Below are positions 1 to 13,146 of a stretch of DNA of 64,000 bases, in pieces (position 1 is the first letter of the stretch; each line of letters opens with the position of its first letter). Below the pieces are notes generated by a model, which searched no databases, was not told where the DNA came from, and worked only from the letters and a program-made list of their open reading frames with translations. The stretch is from Cercozoa sp. M6MM (taxonomy: Eukaryota > Protista > Endomyxa: Ascetosporea). The DNA lies in the NCBI GenBank assembly GCA_040357565.1, contig JBDODJ010000047.1. One strand, 5' to 3'. The position numbers and the translations under genes were made by a program.

Positions 1-129
1 GTTCGACATCCGAGTTCTTTTCTGCACCTGCAAAAACACAGAGCTCGTGGTGCAACCCAAGTCGACGAGCAGAGAGGTGAAAATACAGCGATCGGGGTTG
101 GAGGCAGCCTCCACTTCCATCGATTGCAT
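1..129 (-). CDS. 5' end of a spliced gene running off the window (MQSMEVEAASNPDR...)
   Basis: ATG at 129 on the minus strand, a short exon, a GT...CAG intron, then an in-frame exon continuing to base 1. Confidence 0.45.
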   Translation of the reverse strand, partial: MQSMEVEAASNPDRCIFTSLLVDLGCTTSSVFLQVQKRTRMSN

Positions 130-432
130 AGTTTCAGTGTTGTTGTTGTGTCGGGAATTTCCTAAAAACAGCCGGCTGGTGCCAAAGCTTGGACCAGTTG
201 CTCCAGTCACAGTTAAATGACGCGAAACTTATGCACGCAGCACAAAAATTGTGTGAGCACGCGAAGGCACACGTTAACGCGTTAAGAAACTCGGTGAGCA
301 ACGAAAACAGATTCGTGGGTGTTGTGGGTCACATCAGTCACAGATCACTGATTTTGACGGCGGTTGTGAAAAGCCGCTCACTGGTCAACTCCAGATGAGA
401 CTTGCCTTTTCACCCGCTGCATCTTCCAAGTT

Positions 433-495
433 TGTACAATTTCTTAGTTTGTTTTGAGATAGTTTCGTTTCCAAAACAAACTAAGAAATTGTACA
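433..495. repeat. Perfect 24-bp inverted repeat with a 15-nt spacer
   Basis: TGTACAATTTCTTAGTTTGTTTTG (433-456) is the exact reverse complement of 472-495. Confidence 0.95.
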
Positions 496-542
496 CTAAC
501 TTTCTCTGGATGTTTTTAACTTTTGAGGTCACGAGCACGTGC

Positions 543-942
543 TCAGCTTTTATCGCTTTCGGTGGGACGATACCCTGACGCATCCAAAAGCGACGCCATT
601 TGCTGCAGAACGGTGTGTTGTTGGCGAGCCTTTTCTTCCAGGATCAACGACGCACGTATTGTTTGCTTCTCTTTTTTCATCGCCGCCCGAACGCGCTGCT
701 CGGCGTTCGCAAGTGACTCCTCAAACAGGCGTCGCTCTCGTTTCGCTTGCTCGCGGTGAAAGGTGTCGGTCTCTGCCTGTGATAGGATGACTCGTGTTAA
801 ACACTGTAATCGATGAAGACAAGCGACGAATGAATGTACCAATCTTAGCTCAAGTTCTGTGTGCGCTTCTTCGAGGTTGTGGGTAAACGTGCGAAGTTCG
901 TCGGCCTCCCTTTCAAACCGGGACCTGGACACACATGTTGTT

Positions 943-993
<51 letters not shown>

Positions 994-1003
994 NNNNNNN
1001 NNN

Positions 1004-1052
<49 letters not shown>

Positions 1053-3286
1053 CACATGCACATGCACATGCACATGCACATGCACAACACACGCGTACAC
1101 GCAAAACCGGCACCTGATTTCTCTTTCCTGTTGGAGCTGGTGCAGCGTGTCCAGCAACCTTTCCTCTTTGTGAAGTAGTTGAGTCTTGAGATCCTGTGTC
1201 ACTGAATTAAACTTGCGCTGCATGAGTTCCAACGCGGAGTGGCAGTCAGAGTGCAGTTTGGCTAGTTCCCGTCGAACGTTTGCCACAACTGCGCAACATT
1301 GGGCACACTGCTTATGAAGTATATAAATTTACAGTACTTCAGACGCACAAGCAAGGGAAAACTGAAGTGAACACGCACACCTTCAGTGCACTTGGTCTGA
1401 TGCTCATCGCGCTGTTGCTGGAGTCTCATTTGAAACTGCGAGCGCAATGTAGCTTTGATACTAACAATTTGTTCTTCATTGGTTTTCTTGAGCTCTTCAA
1501 CTGCACGCCTGTTTGAGTCACGAAGTGCTTCTGTTTCTTTTCGATACTTCGAGGCTTCTTTTTGCCGTACAGCTTCGAGTTTCTTCTGAAAAGTGTCGTG
1601 TTGCTGTTGGCTCTTTATGGCTGCAACGCACTGCCGCAAGCCCATTTCCATCTGTCGCAATTGCAAAGACGCCGAGTTGGTCCGGGGACAGACAGATTCT
1701 GCAACATCAATGCAATCTAGTTCTGTTTCGCTGTCAAAGTCAACGCCGAAAGAGGCGAACTGCAGTTTTGGATTCCTGGACAAGAATTGCGAAACCTCCT
1801 GACGCAATTCCCCGTCTTTTTCAAAAACAAGAGTGGAAGCAGCTAAAGAAAGCAGTTTCGGACGGATCTCCACACGATCGATGTTTGCAATGAACAACGA
1901 AGCCACGAATGCTGCAATGTCATGCACAAAGTCAGGGAATTCACTGTCAGCTTGGTTGTCGGCGTCGTCACGGTTGCTCAAGAGGTACACTTTGCGAAAT
2001 GCGTTGACCACTCGTTTTAGGTCACCTATCGTCGACTTTGTTGCCGACTTGGGACCCTTTTTCTCGCTTAGAAGTGCCGATACGAAGCATTGTCGAAATT
2101 TAGTTCCAGTCTCGCCCACGACTGGCGTCCCGCAGCACTCGACAAATAGCTCAAAAACATCGCGATGCTGTATGAGAGGGGTCACTCGAGATTGTTCCGA
2201 AAAGGTGTCAAACACAACTGCCGCAACAAGCTCTCGCAGCGTATCTCCTTGCCGAGCTGTCATACATGCGAGAAACACGCGCTCTGCTCCCTGCAAACAC
2301 AAGCTGAATACATACAGTGACTGGGATGTAGTAGTTCAAAGAATGCATCGTACGGCCTTAGGGTTTCGGTGAATTGTCGAAGCAACTGACTGAAAGAAGG
2401 GAAGGAATTGGGATTCCCAATTTTCGACGATTGCTGTAGACCACAATGCCTGATGCTGACTCAACATCAGCTGACGCAAGGCAGCTCCGAGAGCTTTAAA
2501 CAGCTTGCTCTTGGAGAACATTTTTGGTCGAAGAAACAAACTCTCCAGTGTCAAACTGACTGTTTCCTTGCTAAAGATGTGACAGCTCTGCGAGTGAGTC
2601 CGTGTACCGACATCTGCGCTGTCGGAACTTGAAGTTGTCGTGCACAAGCATTCAAACACTGGGAACGACTCAGCGAAGATGCCTAAAACAAAACAAACTT
2701 CTGCTGTCAATGAACTGGCAGAACAGTTGAAGTGAAACAACTGACACAGAATTTGCAAAGCACGAAGAGCAACTGAACGACACGAGTGCAGCGAAACCAG
2801 TCTTGCAGTTTGAAGGAGGAGCCTTTTTCGAAGTGAGGCCGCGCAAACAGATCCGTCATCGTGTTCTAGGAACTCGCACGCGCGGCACAAAGAAAAGTGC
2901 ATGTGCACGTTGCTTGAACAAAAGAACGCCAGAACGCGCAATATTGTGAAGCTCCAGCTCTCTTCAGTTAATTTCTCCAAGTTCAGGTCTCGTCGCGAGA
3001 CAAGATTCCAGGCAGTTGCCACAATAAATTGCGCATGGCTCACAATTTCGTCGGCATCAATGTCGAGTTTCATCACAGTAGCGTCTTCGATCTTTTTTAA
3101 GAGAATGTTGTATACACGCCGAAGGGTGCGCCGGTCGGCGATTGTCAGCGATGGCAAACCGTCGCGTGCTGAAGCTTTCAGTCCCGCATCGAGCAATATC
3201 CCGTGCAATATAGATAGTATCTCTGATGGGCTTGAAGCTTTCGCGAGCTCCACTTGCTTCACACGCCTGTTGGGTTTCTTTGACAT
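543..3286 (-). CDS. Uncharacterised protein with a helical N-terminal region and long C-terminal coiled coil (spliced; start approximate)
   Basis: Long minus ORFs 2336-3298, 1262-2302 and 543-932 joined by GT-AG introns; E/K/Q/R-rich heptad-like C-terminus. Confidence 0.65.
945..1090. repeat. (CA)n / (CACATG)n intronic microsatellite containing a 10-N gap
   Basis: Seen directly. Confidence 0.95.
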
Positions 3287-3731
3287 GGCAAGTGTCAAGC
3301 ACTGAGCTTATCAACACAGCTGCTTGGTGTTCCGGGTGTTTTCTGAAGTTTGACGGTTCCGCGTGGATACAACCGGTCACAAAAAATTTACTGAGAAAAT
3401 GTGACGAACTTAGATTCATTGAACACAGCTGGGATACCTGGCAGATTATATCTGAAGGCTCGTTAATCCTATCGCTCAAAATTAGCAGGATTGCAGTTTT
3501 AATTTCTACCTAATATCTTTGTTTACCACCTCAGCTGTCAGTAGTGCCTAGGTTTCGCTCTTTCTCCGTACTCCGATGTTCGGAGAATGGTGCTCTTAGA
3601 CCCAACTTTGGTCTTTGAAGCACCAGGCAGTGTTTGATTGGCATCGACGCCGGCCCTCGGATTCCTTAAGCTTGGAACCACCGAAATTTGCGATACAGAT
3701 ATCGAACTGACTCAACCCAACTGACCGAAAC

Positions 3732-4745
3732 ATGTGGAAACCTGTCTTGCTGGCTGCATTGGCCACTGCAGCGACGACCGCGCAGCAGCAACCTGGCGTC
3801 ACGTGCGGACTTGAACTCGCGGCACAAAATCTGACCGAGATTGCGAATGATCACTCGACCGGCGTTGTCACCTTCACGCTGGCTAATAGTCAGGTGGCAT
3901 GCGACGCTGATTCGGTACGCATCACAGGTGCCAGTCCTCGCCAAAACGTGCAAGTCGAGGTCAGTTTGTCCAGGTTAAAATGCACTCACTGTTCTAAACT
4001 TAAAGTAGGTGCACGCATGAGCGTTCCAGATAGTTTATGCTAATACCGTATGTTCGCAGCTATTCACTGCGCCTGACGAGGCCTCCTGGCGCGTGATTCC
4101 CCAAGACGGCGACTGGATTGCGTTCTTCGCACTTCCGCATCAGACGCAGCGCTCGCCACTCACGTTCTCGCTGCGGTACCGTGGTCTCGATCCGCGTGCG
4201 GCCGATGTGATGATCAGCGAGATCTACGGCGAGCAAGATGGCGGCTTCGACCCCGACACCAACCAGCTGCGTCACTTCAGCAGCTTCATCCAGGACGTCG
4301 AGATCCGCGCTCAAGACGACGGTGCTCTGCCGATCTATGCCGAAGGTATCCGTTCTGTTCTCCCGAAGGCGAGGAGAGAATTCTCTCAGTCCATTAAATG
4401 CTCTTAACGAATGACATGTCCCCTTGTTTGAAAGGACAAGCCCCGGAGAACTCCTTCATGCTACGCGAGACCAACTGCTTCGACGGCTTTGCTGCCGCTG
4501 GGCGTGACTGCGAGGTACGCGCCGGAATCCAAGAACCCGAGTCTCTGCCCGAAGAAACTACCAAGGTTGTGGAAGAAGAAACCCCGGAACCCACTCAAAA
4601 TGGTACAACAACTCCTGCGCCTGTTGAGTCCACGAAAGCGGCAGAGGAGGACTCGGACGGAGACGCTGGTGATGACTCCAGCGATGCGACCGTTGCTAGC
4701 GTGTCCATCGCAGCACTCACCATCGTCGCTGCCTTCCTGCAGTGA
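3732..4745 (+). CDS. Secreted, probably GPI-anchored surface protein (3 exons)
   Basis: Signal peptide MWKPVLLAALATAATTA; T/E/P-rich stalk; hydrophobic C-terminal tail ASVSIAALTIVAAFLQ; two GT-AG introns. Confidence 0.75.
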
Positions 4746-4935
4746 TGACTGCGCACGCCACTTGAGCAATCGTTCTCCCGGATCCACGACCGTACTAAAC
4801 AGAAACACCCCGCCCGAGCCACCTGGAAAGTAGTCGATCATGCTATCGTCTAGTCTTGAATCAGTTTGCATACAAGCACTACTCGACCTTTCATTTTCAG
4901 TTTGTGTTCGTTCAGTTGTTAGTTTAACTGAGTTC

Positions 4936-5127
4936 TCAGTCAGAATTCTCATTAACTTCTGCACGGTCGATTGAGCAGGAGCGCAACCGCGATCGTACTC
5001 GCATTAACGCTTGTCCAAGCAAGTTGGTACCACGCCACTTTGACGGATCTATCGCATCTGGGTCATCGAAGTGCCTAAAGTCCACCCAATATAACAATTA
5101 CAGTATACGTTGTGTGTGTGTGTGTGT

Positions 5128-5173
<46 letters not shown>

Positions 5174-5849
5174 GTGTGTGTGAAACTACATTCCGATGCC
5201 CCATATGGTGTCGTACGGCGACGCTTCAACGATGGTTTTGTCGCCGGTTTCGAGCAGTGCCTAGAGCAGCCAGTAATCACAAATTAACGCACATGCAAAA
5301 CAGTGAAAGAACCTGCGCCAGGTGTTCGTTCTGGGAGAATTTGAGAAAGTTGCCCTGTGTCACAATGTCGAGGCCCTGTTCGTGCCACATCTGGGCGTCA
5401 AAGTCACGTACTTTTCTTCCCAGCGCCTACGACACGTAAATACAGTGCTGATCCCTACCACAAAGGATGTATGTGGGCTACCTTTTGCTTTCGTGGGTTG
5501 TTGACTGCGAGAATTTGTCTTCGCATGGAATAATCGCCAAACAAGCGCGCCTGCCACCAACACAGAAGGACAATCGACACAATGCACCGCCCGGTACCCA
5601 CCCAGTCTGCATGGCAATACCATTGCCCAGTTAGTATTTACCTTCTCTGCCATCATGTACTGCTCCGCACTGGTGTACGTTTGTTCACTGTCATCTTTGA
5701 ATTCACACCGGTGCCATTGCGAGAGAAAGCTTCCCCAGAAGAACACAAAGTTCTGAGCAAAGACGAGATACTGTATATCATCTTTTCTCTTCAAGATCTT
5801 GGTGACGGGACACCTTTGTCACGCGTTCTCCGCGGATTGAGTTGCTCAT
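4936..5849 (-). CDS. NADAR (YbiA-like) family protein
   Basis: Spliced motifs FLSQW, SAEQYMMAEK, LGRKVRDFD, KFSQN, LLETGDKTIVEASPYDTIWGIG, WRGTNLLGQALMRVR. Confidence 0.9.
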
Positions 5850-6166
5850 AGTACTAAAATACACGTGATCGGCTGTTTTATTGCTTTAATAGCTATCTAG
5901 GGCACCAAAAAGCACCCACAGAAATCTCTGTAGCCACTGATTGTCCAGACTCTGCGGTACAATTGTACTGCACGCGCCAACAACTGCCACTGACCAACGG
6001 TCGAGTGGGACTGTGCGATCAATCAGTGATGACTGCTCCTCTGTTGTTCTGCTCTACTGGACTTACTGTAGTGCGCTGTAGTTGTAATTTCTGCTCACTA
6101 CTGTTCGCTGTGTGCTGTAGTCCTTGCTCAACTGTAGACTGTTCCAAAAAAACCCTGCCGAACAAC

Positions 6167-7493
6167 ATGAAGTTCTTGTCGACTGTCTTGCTGGCTGCGT
6201 GTGCTGGTAGTTTTATCTGTACTCTGTCGGAACTGACGTGTCTGTAATGGCCCTGCGTATCTGTAAGTAGTGGGCACGACTGGGGCACGTGTTGCACCGG
6301 TGTTTTCGTACACCCAGAACACCATTCCCAACCAGTACATCGTGCGCCTTCGTGATGGTAGGGCGCGTAAATGATGCAGATATGTCGATATAGAGTTGTT
6401 TGTTAACGCGCAGACGTTAGCTTACAGCACGCACGTCGCGTGTTTGGTAAGCCGCTGATTGTGATGTGTCTCCTTGATGGATACTATCTGTCGACATCCC
6501 GACTCTGTGTAGAGGAGCGACAACTGGTGGCCTCGGAGGCCGACTTCATGCAAGTGGGACGCACCTTCCGTGCTGTGTCGACCTTCCTTTCGTATGCTTT
6601 CCTTGAGTGCGGGAGGCTGCTCCTCTTGTATTCTGGTTCACATTTTTATCGGTCAATTGGCACACCGACAGGGACTCGCAGATCGCAGCGCTGCAGCAGC
6701 TCGGCGACATTGTCGAGTACATCGAGCCGGTATACTATTGCCTTTACATTGGAGATTCTATACTACGCGACTTGTGCTAGAACAGGAGACGACGTTTTCG
6801 ACCGAGGTGGAGCCGATGGACGAACTGGAGGACATCGAGCAGCGTCTCGGTCGCAGCATCCGACGTCGGTAACTCTGTCCTTCATGTACAGTTTCACCAG
6901 TTGATTAGTATAGCAACATTTTAATCTTCTAAGTAGTCTGAACAATGACGGTTCGGTGGAGGAAGACCTTGTTGAACAGGGTATTCGCACCTTAATTAAC
7001 TATCAATCCTCGTGTAGTGGAGCAAGGACTTGTATTGGGTTTAGACTGCTCGGACACGCGCAAGAACTGCTCCTGGGGCATTGATCGGTAAGTTGGCCTG
7101 ACTGGAGTGAGATTCAAACCATCGATACTGCGCTCGGTGCAGTGTCGACCAGCGCGAGCAGAAGCTCGACAAGGTGTACCGTCACCACGAGAACTCGGGC
7201 GCGGGCGTCACTGTCTACATTGGTATATTGCCCTTTTTAATTAGTAGCACACTAAATGAGACATGAGGTACACGTGTTCCCGCAGTGGACACGGGTGTGC
7301 TCACGTGGCACGACGACTTTGGAGACAACGCACGCTTCGGCTTTGATGCGTTGGTAAATTTACCTTCTTACATGTGTGCCTGTACCAAACTCTCTGCACC
7401 GACCATACACTCCCGTGTAGCACAAGGATGGCAAAGACCCGTCCAAGTACTCGCGTACTGGTGCGTGCTGTTTGTTGTACACATACGTCTTGT

Positions 7494-7526
<33 letters not shown>

Positions 7527-8943
7527 GATATCTATATATTCTGTATTTCTATTTATTATTAATAATGTATGTAACGCAGATTGCAACGGACACGGTACGC
7601 ACGTCGCTGGCACTGTGTCCTCGCGTCGTTTCGGCGTTGCTAAAGTAGTCTTGGCTTAAACTTTTTGCTTCCTCTAGCAATGCCTACGTGTATATGTGAG
7701 TACAGGAGGCCGAAGTCGTTGGAGTGCGAGTTCTTGGATGTCAGGGCAGTGGCAGCACGAGTACATCTTTCTATGCATACCCAGAGTGGTGATTGTATAC
7801 TCTGGTATGTGTACACACTAGGCAACGTGGTCAAGGGCATTGAGTATGTCACGGCCGACCATGTGCGCCGTCAGAAGAAGTTCTCGGTAGCACAACCTTG
7901 CGAAATAGGTTGTACCTGTTACACAGGTACACGCAGGTGGCCAACTTGTCCATCGGTGGTGATAAGTCGCGTGCCCTTAACGAAGCCGTCGATGCTGCCT
8001 CCGAGGTATGCATGCAATATTACTGTCTGTTTGTATATATCTATGTATATATACTATACTGTTCAGGCCGGTGTCGTCATGGTCGTTGCTGCAGGCAACG
8101 AGAGCATGTACCTTGACACAGTGCTGACTTCAGGGTGTACATGGGATCTGTGTCTTTGTGTAGGGACGCTTGCCGACGCTCGCCAGCCTCAGCAGAGACG
8201 GCCATGACGGTCGGTGCCACGGCCAAGAGTGACAACAAGGCCGGTATGTTTGGAAACATGACCAGACATTGCGCTCTCCTTTTTTAGTGGTGTGCTGACA
8301 TTAGGTTTCTCCAACTTTGGCAAGTGTGTCACCATCAACGCCCCTGGTGTCGATATTCGCGGTACCCGGTCTATCAGTTTTATTAAGGCTGTGGCGTATA
8401 TAAATCACATGCAGCCCCTTCTAACAACGGCTACTCCCGTCCGCCGAACCCTGACAAGCCTCTGTAAGTTGTGCTCTTGCTCTGACTTGAATATAAATTA
8501 TGTCGATTGACTCTGCATGCAGTGTCGGATCTCGCATCTTGTCTGGCACATCGATGGCTGCGCCTCACGTACAGTGTTTTTTTGAGCGCTTCCTTCCTCA
8601 AATGGTACTGGAAATTTATACGACTTTATCTGCACAGGTCGCCGGTGCTGTTGCCGACTTCCTGTCGCAGAACGGACTGGGACGCCGTTTCGACGATGTG
8701 TTTGCCATCCAGGTATAGTTGGTTTATCCAAATTTCCTTTGTTTTTGGTTGCTAACAACCGAATTCTGCTTCGACAGAAAGCAGTCGTGGAACAGAGCAC
8801 GCCGGATCGTTGCCAAGGCTGTGGTCGCAGGGTAGCCAGCTTTTATCGAGTGATAGTGTTTGCTGACTGTGGCTGACCCCATGTTGAAACAGAGCGGTCC
8901 CAAGACGCTCTTGGCAACTACGGCGGCCCCCAAGATGAACTAA
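6167..8943 (+). CDS. Subtilisin-like serine protease (S8, proteinase K type) with signal peptide and I9 prodomain, about 20 introns
   Basis: Catalytic motifs [20 protein letters not shown] and [12 protein letters not shown], reconstructed across canonical GT-AG introns. Confidence 0.95.
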
Positions 8944-9188
8944 GTGAACTCACGGGATTGATAGCAGCGCACCGGCATGCAATCAGCGTGCCCGGCCGGC
9001 AGTGCGGAGCGCTTCGATCGATCGATTGCACTAACCAACTCGACTGAATGTACAAGGTAAATTAACGTGGCCCTGCGCTACACGCGACGCGCGTGGGTAT
9101 ATACTACATAATGGTCGGTCTTCGCTAGCGTCCAGGCAGAAGCCAGCAGAGTTGCATTTATTGGATCCGCCCGGACAGTGCGGTCGGG

Positions 9189-10317
9189 TCAGTCGCCGGC
9201 GGCGAGGTCGTCAGCATCGATGGCGACGAGTCGGTCGTGCTGACTGTCGTCGTGGAGAATGCGGAGGCGTGCGTGGACTTCCTCGGCCTGCCCTTCGTCG
9301 ATGTCGTTGAGACTACTCAAGGCATTCTCCTGCTTACCGTCTGCTTGGGTGGCTACACACACAAGCTAGCCAGGGTCTAGACACGCAAACACACAGAGAA
9401 TACCAGCTACTGCAGCCTCGTCGACGCGGCGGCGCTGCTTGAGACCGCTGCTGCGCGACATGTGCGTCAGGATGTGCGCCGCCGCATTCAACAACACTAG
9501 CTATATATACATTTGTTTGATGTATATAACAGATACAATGGCAATGGACAGGCCAAGGCACCGAAGCAGAGGGCCGCGGCGATCTCGAGCGCAGATGCAA
9601 AAACACCGCCGTCAATGTTGACAACAGGCCACCTAAACATACTCAGCAGTGTTGAGATAAGCGGTGTTGAGATAAGCAGTGTTGAGATAAGCAGTGTTGA
9701 GATAAAGGGAGAGGTGAGGATGGCGTACCGGCATCACAGAGCAGTGTACTGCGACGACGCATCAGAAACAGCGCCAACAGAAAGGGCAGCGCACCTTGCA
9801 CTGACCGCACTGCACCTGCACAGCCAAGGGAATCAAGATCGCCGGACTAAAGTAGCTCTTTTCTCTCTTACCGTGCCGCAAAAGTGTGCCGACAGAATTA
9901 TCGTTGCGTTTTGAAGCTGGAATCAGCCTGCTTCCGCGCGGACACTCGGATCAACAAACAAAAGCAGATACAGGTGGCACAAACCAGGCTGCAAGAAGTC
10001 CACTGGCACGTTTGCGCCTTCTAACAGAGTCGATCTGTTCGAAACACACACAAATACTGTAACCACACCAGACAGACAGACGGTACCAACTTGGCCACGG
10101 CGACGTAGACACACAGCACGACCTGTAAGCACACAGGAGGTAAAGGAGATAGAGAGGGTAAAGAGGTTAAAAAACGGCACCGTCGTGGCGAAAGCGGCGC
10201 GACGCGAGTAACGCAGAAACAGTGACTTCTCGCGGTCGTTGTCGCGCTGCTGCAGTCGCTGCTGGAGGTACTGCACCTCGCCTACGAATAACACCATGCC
10301 ATACACACATGCCATTA

Positions 10318-10402
<85 letters not shown>

Positions 10403-11000
10403 CACACATACAGTGCAGCTTTAACATGCCAAAGCTACCCCGTAAGTGCGACAGGAGCAACATGGCTTGTCGATGGTCATCGGTCAGTCGTATCTGTACC
10501 ATTATATACATATATACGTGTGTGTAAGCACACAAGACACACACAAACACACACCTGCTGTTGTGACATGCGCAGCAGGTCCATGTCAGAGACTGCGCGC
10601 GGAATCGTTCGGGCAGCGAGGGCACTGTTGTCGCTCTCGTTGTCATCGTTGTCGGCACTCATCGTCGGAGGTGTCTCCACCACCATCTCGATTGGGTGTC
10701 TGAAGCCAACACAAGCCCAGTAACCGCATATTAACGTTTATTGGTAGTGTCTTACCTCATCGATCGGGAGTGTGGTGATGTATTTCTAGCCTGCTGGTGT
10801 TTGGAAGCAAAATAAGACAAGCAAATAAGACAAGCAAATAAGACAACCAGTTTTGGTCATCCAGAATCAAGATGCAGGATGAAAAGACATGACTCACCGT
10901 CTAAACTGCAAGTTTGAATGCTGATCTAGACACAAAATGTGCAGTAATGCGCTCTGGACACCACGAGCAGCGCGCTGATGCAGCACAGTTCGATCCGAGG
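9189..11000 (-). CDS. Uncharacterised multi-exon protein with hydrophobic segments (5' end uncertain)
   Basis: Chain of short exons bounded by GT/AG on the minus strand, ending ...DDLAAGD-TGA at 9189. Confidence 0.5.
9645..9704. repeat. Intronic 15-bp tandem repeat (AGCAGTGTTGAGATA) x4
   Basis: Seen directly; one mismatch among the units. Confidence 0.95.
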
Positions 11001-11183
11001 GGATTCAACTTGATCTTGATTATTTGATGGATGGTCCGAGTGACCCGGCTCTTTTGGCTTTACATAGTTAGAGAGCCCTGACACTTTTACGTCCCTAGTT
11101 CAATGCGTTCAGGACTTGTTATTCTTCTTCAGTCCAGTTCGAACGCAATTAACGCAGGTAAATTGCATTCGTCTAAGTTAAAC

Positions 11184-13146
11184 CTAGACTAACTCCGAGC
11201 GGTCTCTTAGTTTCGTGTGCACCGGCGGAGCGCACTTGCGTCGCAGGAACTGGCCTGCAGTCAGATAAATAGATGCAGAAATAAAAATGAATCAAGCAAC
11301 GGATATAACAAATAAATGCAAATAAATAATACGCACGTCTAATTTAAACAGACCAATCGACACGGGCAGACAACTGGCGCACGTGATGATCGCCACCTTC
11401 CACCAGAAGTCGGCCTATACAAACGGGGGGGGGGGGGTAAATCAAAAACAATATACACAAGGTCCAAACAGTACCGACAGGATGAACACGACGTCGAACT
11501 GCTCCTTGAGCAGGAACCTGCAGGCACAGTCACTCAAGGCAGTAAAGGACAGGCAGGTAGAGGCCGTACATCGAGGCCAGATAGGTGGCCAACGAGGCGG
11601 CCTCGGCGAACACGTTGGCACGTGTCCAGTGCTGCAGGAAGAGCGCCACGTTCATGCTACCGAGGGACGGGGAACAGGGGGTAAACAGGAGGGTAAACAG
11701 GGGAAAAAGGGGGTTATAGGAGGATAAATACGGGATACACAGGGAAGATAACCCGGGGGGGGGGGTAAGCGGGAAGGGGGGGTAAACATACAGCTCAGTC
11801 AGCACGAGCACAGTGAAAGCAATCGCCACGAGCGACAAAAAACGGTCGTCGAACAGCAGCAGCGACAGCAGCATTATCGTGCAGCCTGGGAATACAGGGG
11901 GGCGGGGGGATAAGGGGTAAGGGGGTAAGGGGGTAAGGGGGTAAGGGGGTAAGGGGGTAAGGGGGAGTAAGGAGTAAATGAGGGGTAGGGAATAAACAAA
12001 GCACCTTGATATACTGACTTGAACACCCAAACGCCAAAAGTGAACAGCGACAGTGGCGTGTGTCTGTGCAGGAAAGTGGGAGTAAAAAGGGGAGTAAACA
12101 GGGGGTAAACAGGGGGTAAACAGGGGGTGAACAGAGGGGGGCAAGACCGCATGTGCGCACTGTGTTCGTCGTAGAGCTGCGGAAACATGGCGACAGTGGC
12201 CCAGTCGACGTCCTCGTCCAGCACAAGCGAGAACACCGGCAGACACGTGTACACCGTACTGTAGCCAACCTGTACACACACTGTACACGGTCCAATTGTA
12301 CACATACAATTGTAGCCAGTTGGACCAGTAGCCAGCCGGTGAAGAGCGGCACCGCCGCGAACTGGAACAATGCTGAGAACACGGCCTGCGGGGGGAGGGG
12401 GGGTAAGAGGAAGTGAGGGGGTACACGGGGGTAAACAGGGAGTAGACAAGGGGTAAACAGGGGGGTAAACAGGGGGGTAAACAGGGGGGCAAACCTGCAT
12501 GACGGCGATGATGAGACCGCGGTGCATCACGAACTGCGTCAGTCGCGCCTGCTCCCAAAACAACCATGCCTCAGTCAGACACGTGGCTCAGTGAGGGTCA
12601 CGTGGCTCAGTGAGGGTCACATGGCTCAGTGAGGGTCACGTGTCCCAGTCAGACACGTGCTCAGTGAGCAACACTCGTATGGCTACAACATACACTGCGC
12701 CAGTAGGCCAGTCGTCCATGCCACAACACCAGTCTGCGCAGCACCCGGAAGGGGGTAAACGGGGGGGGGGGGGTAAACCACGGGGGGGGGGGGGTAAACC
12801 GGGGGGGGGGTACNNNNNNNNNNNNNNNNNNNNNNNNNNNNNNNNNNNNNNNNNNNNNNNNNNNNNNNNNNNNNNNNNNNNNNNNNNNNNNNNNNNNNNN
12901 NNNNNNNNNNNNNCAAAACGCACCGAGCCAGATCACCGAAGCCGCCGTCGCGCAAAACAAAATCCGCCGCCAGCGCCGCTTGTCTGCCGATACACACAAA
13001 CAATTCAGGCGGTACAAATGGACGGTACAAATGGATTGGACTAGACTGGACATATGGACTGGACTGGACACATGGACCGAGTTAAGGCAGCGTTTGTACC
13101 GACCCTCCTTGCCGCGAATGCCGATGCCTACGTGCGCTGCCTGCCG
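11184..13146 (-). CDS. ATP9: P4-type ATPase (ATP9/NEO1 phospholipid flippase), C-terminal part; remainder lost in an assembly gap
   Basis: QAAHVGIGIRGKEG.QAALAADF, LVLWHGR, QFVMHRGLIIAVMQ, VGYSTVYTCLPVFSLVLDED, WVFKSVYQG, C-terminal LRRKCAPPVHTKL. Confidence 0.9.

Noticed and set aside
400-415. GCCTTTTCAC (and GCCCTTTTACT near 34843) as a U5 loop I
   Set aside because: Imperfect loop, no supporting stem and no Sm site
845-1178. ORFs encoding poly-HT, poly-CV or poly-Pro
   Set aside because: Translations of intronic microsatellites
6167-8943. Non-canonical splice sites or an altered genetic code
   Set aside because: The genes reconstructed in full (subtilase, IDH3, EF-1alpha) close with GT-AG introns and standard stops
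11900-11970. GGGGGTAA arrays as telomeric repeats
   Set aside because: They are internal, degenerate, confined mostly to introns and oriented by gene strand
12570-12670. 19-bp repeats as a CRISPR-like array
   Set aside because: Head-to-tail tandem repeats without spacers, inside an intron
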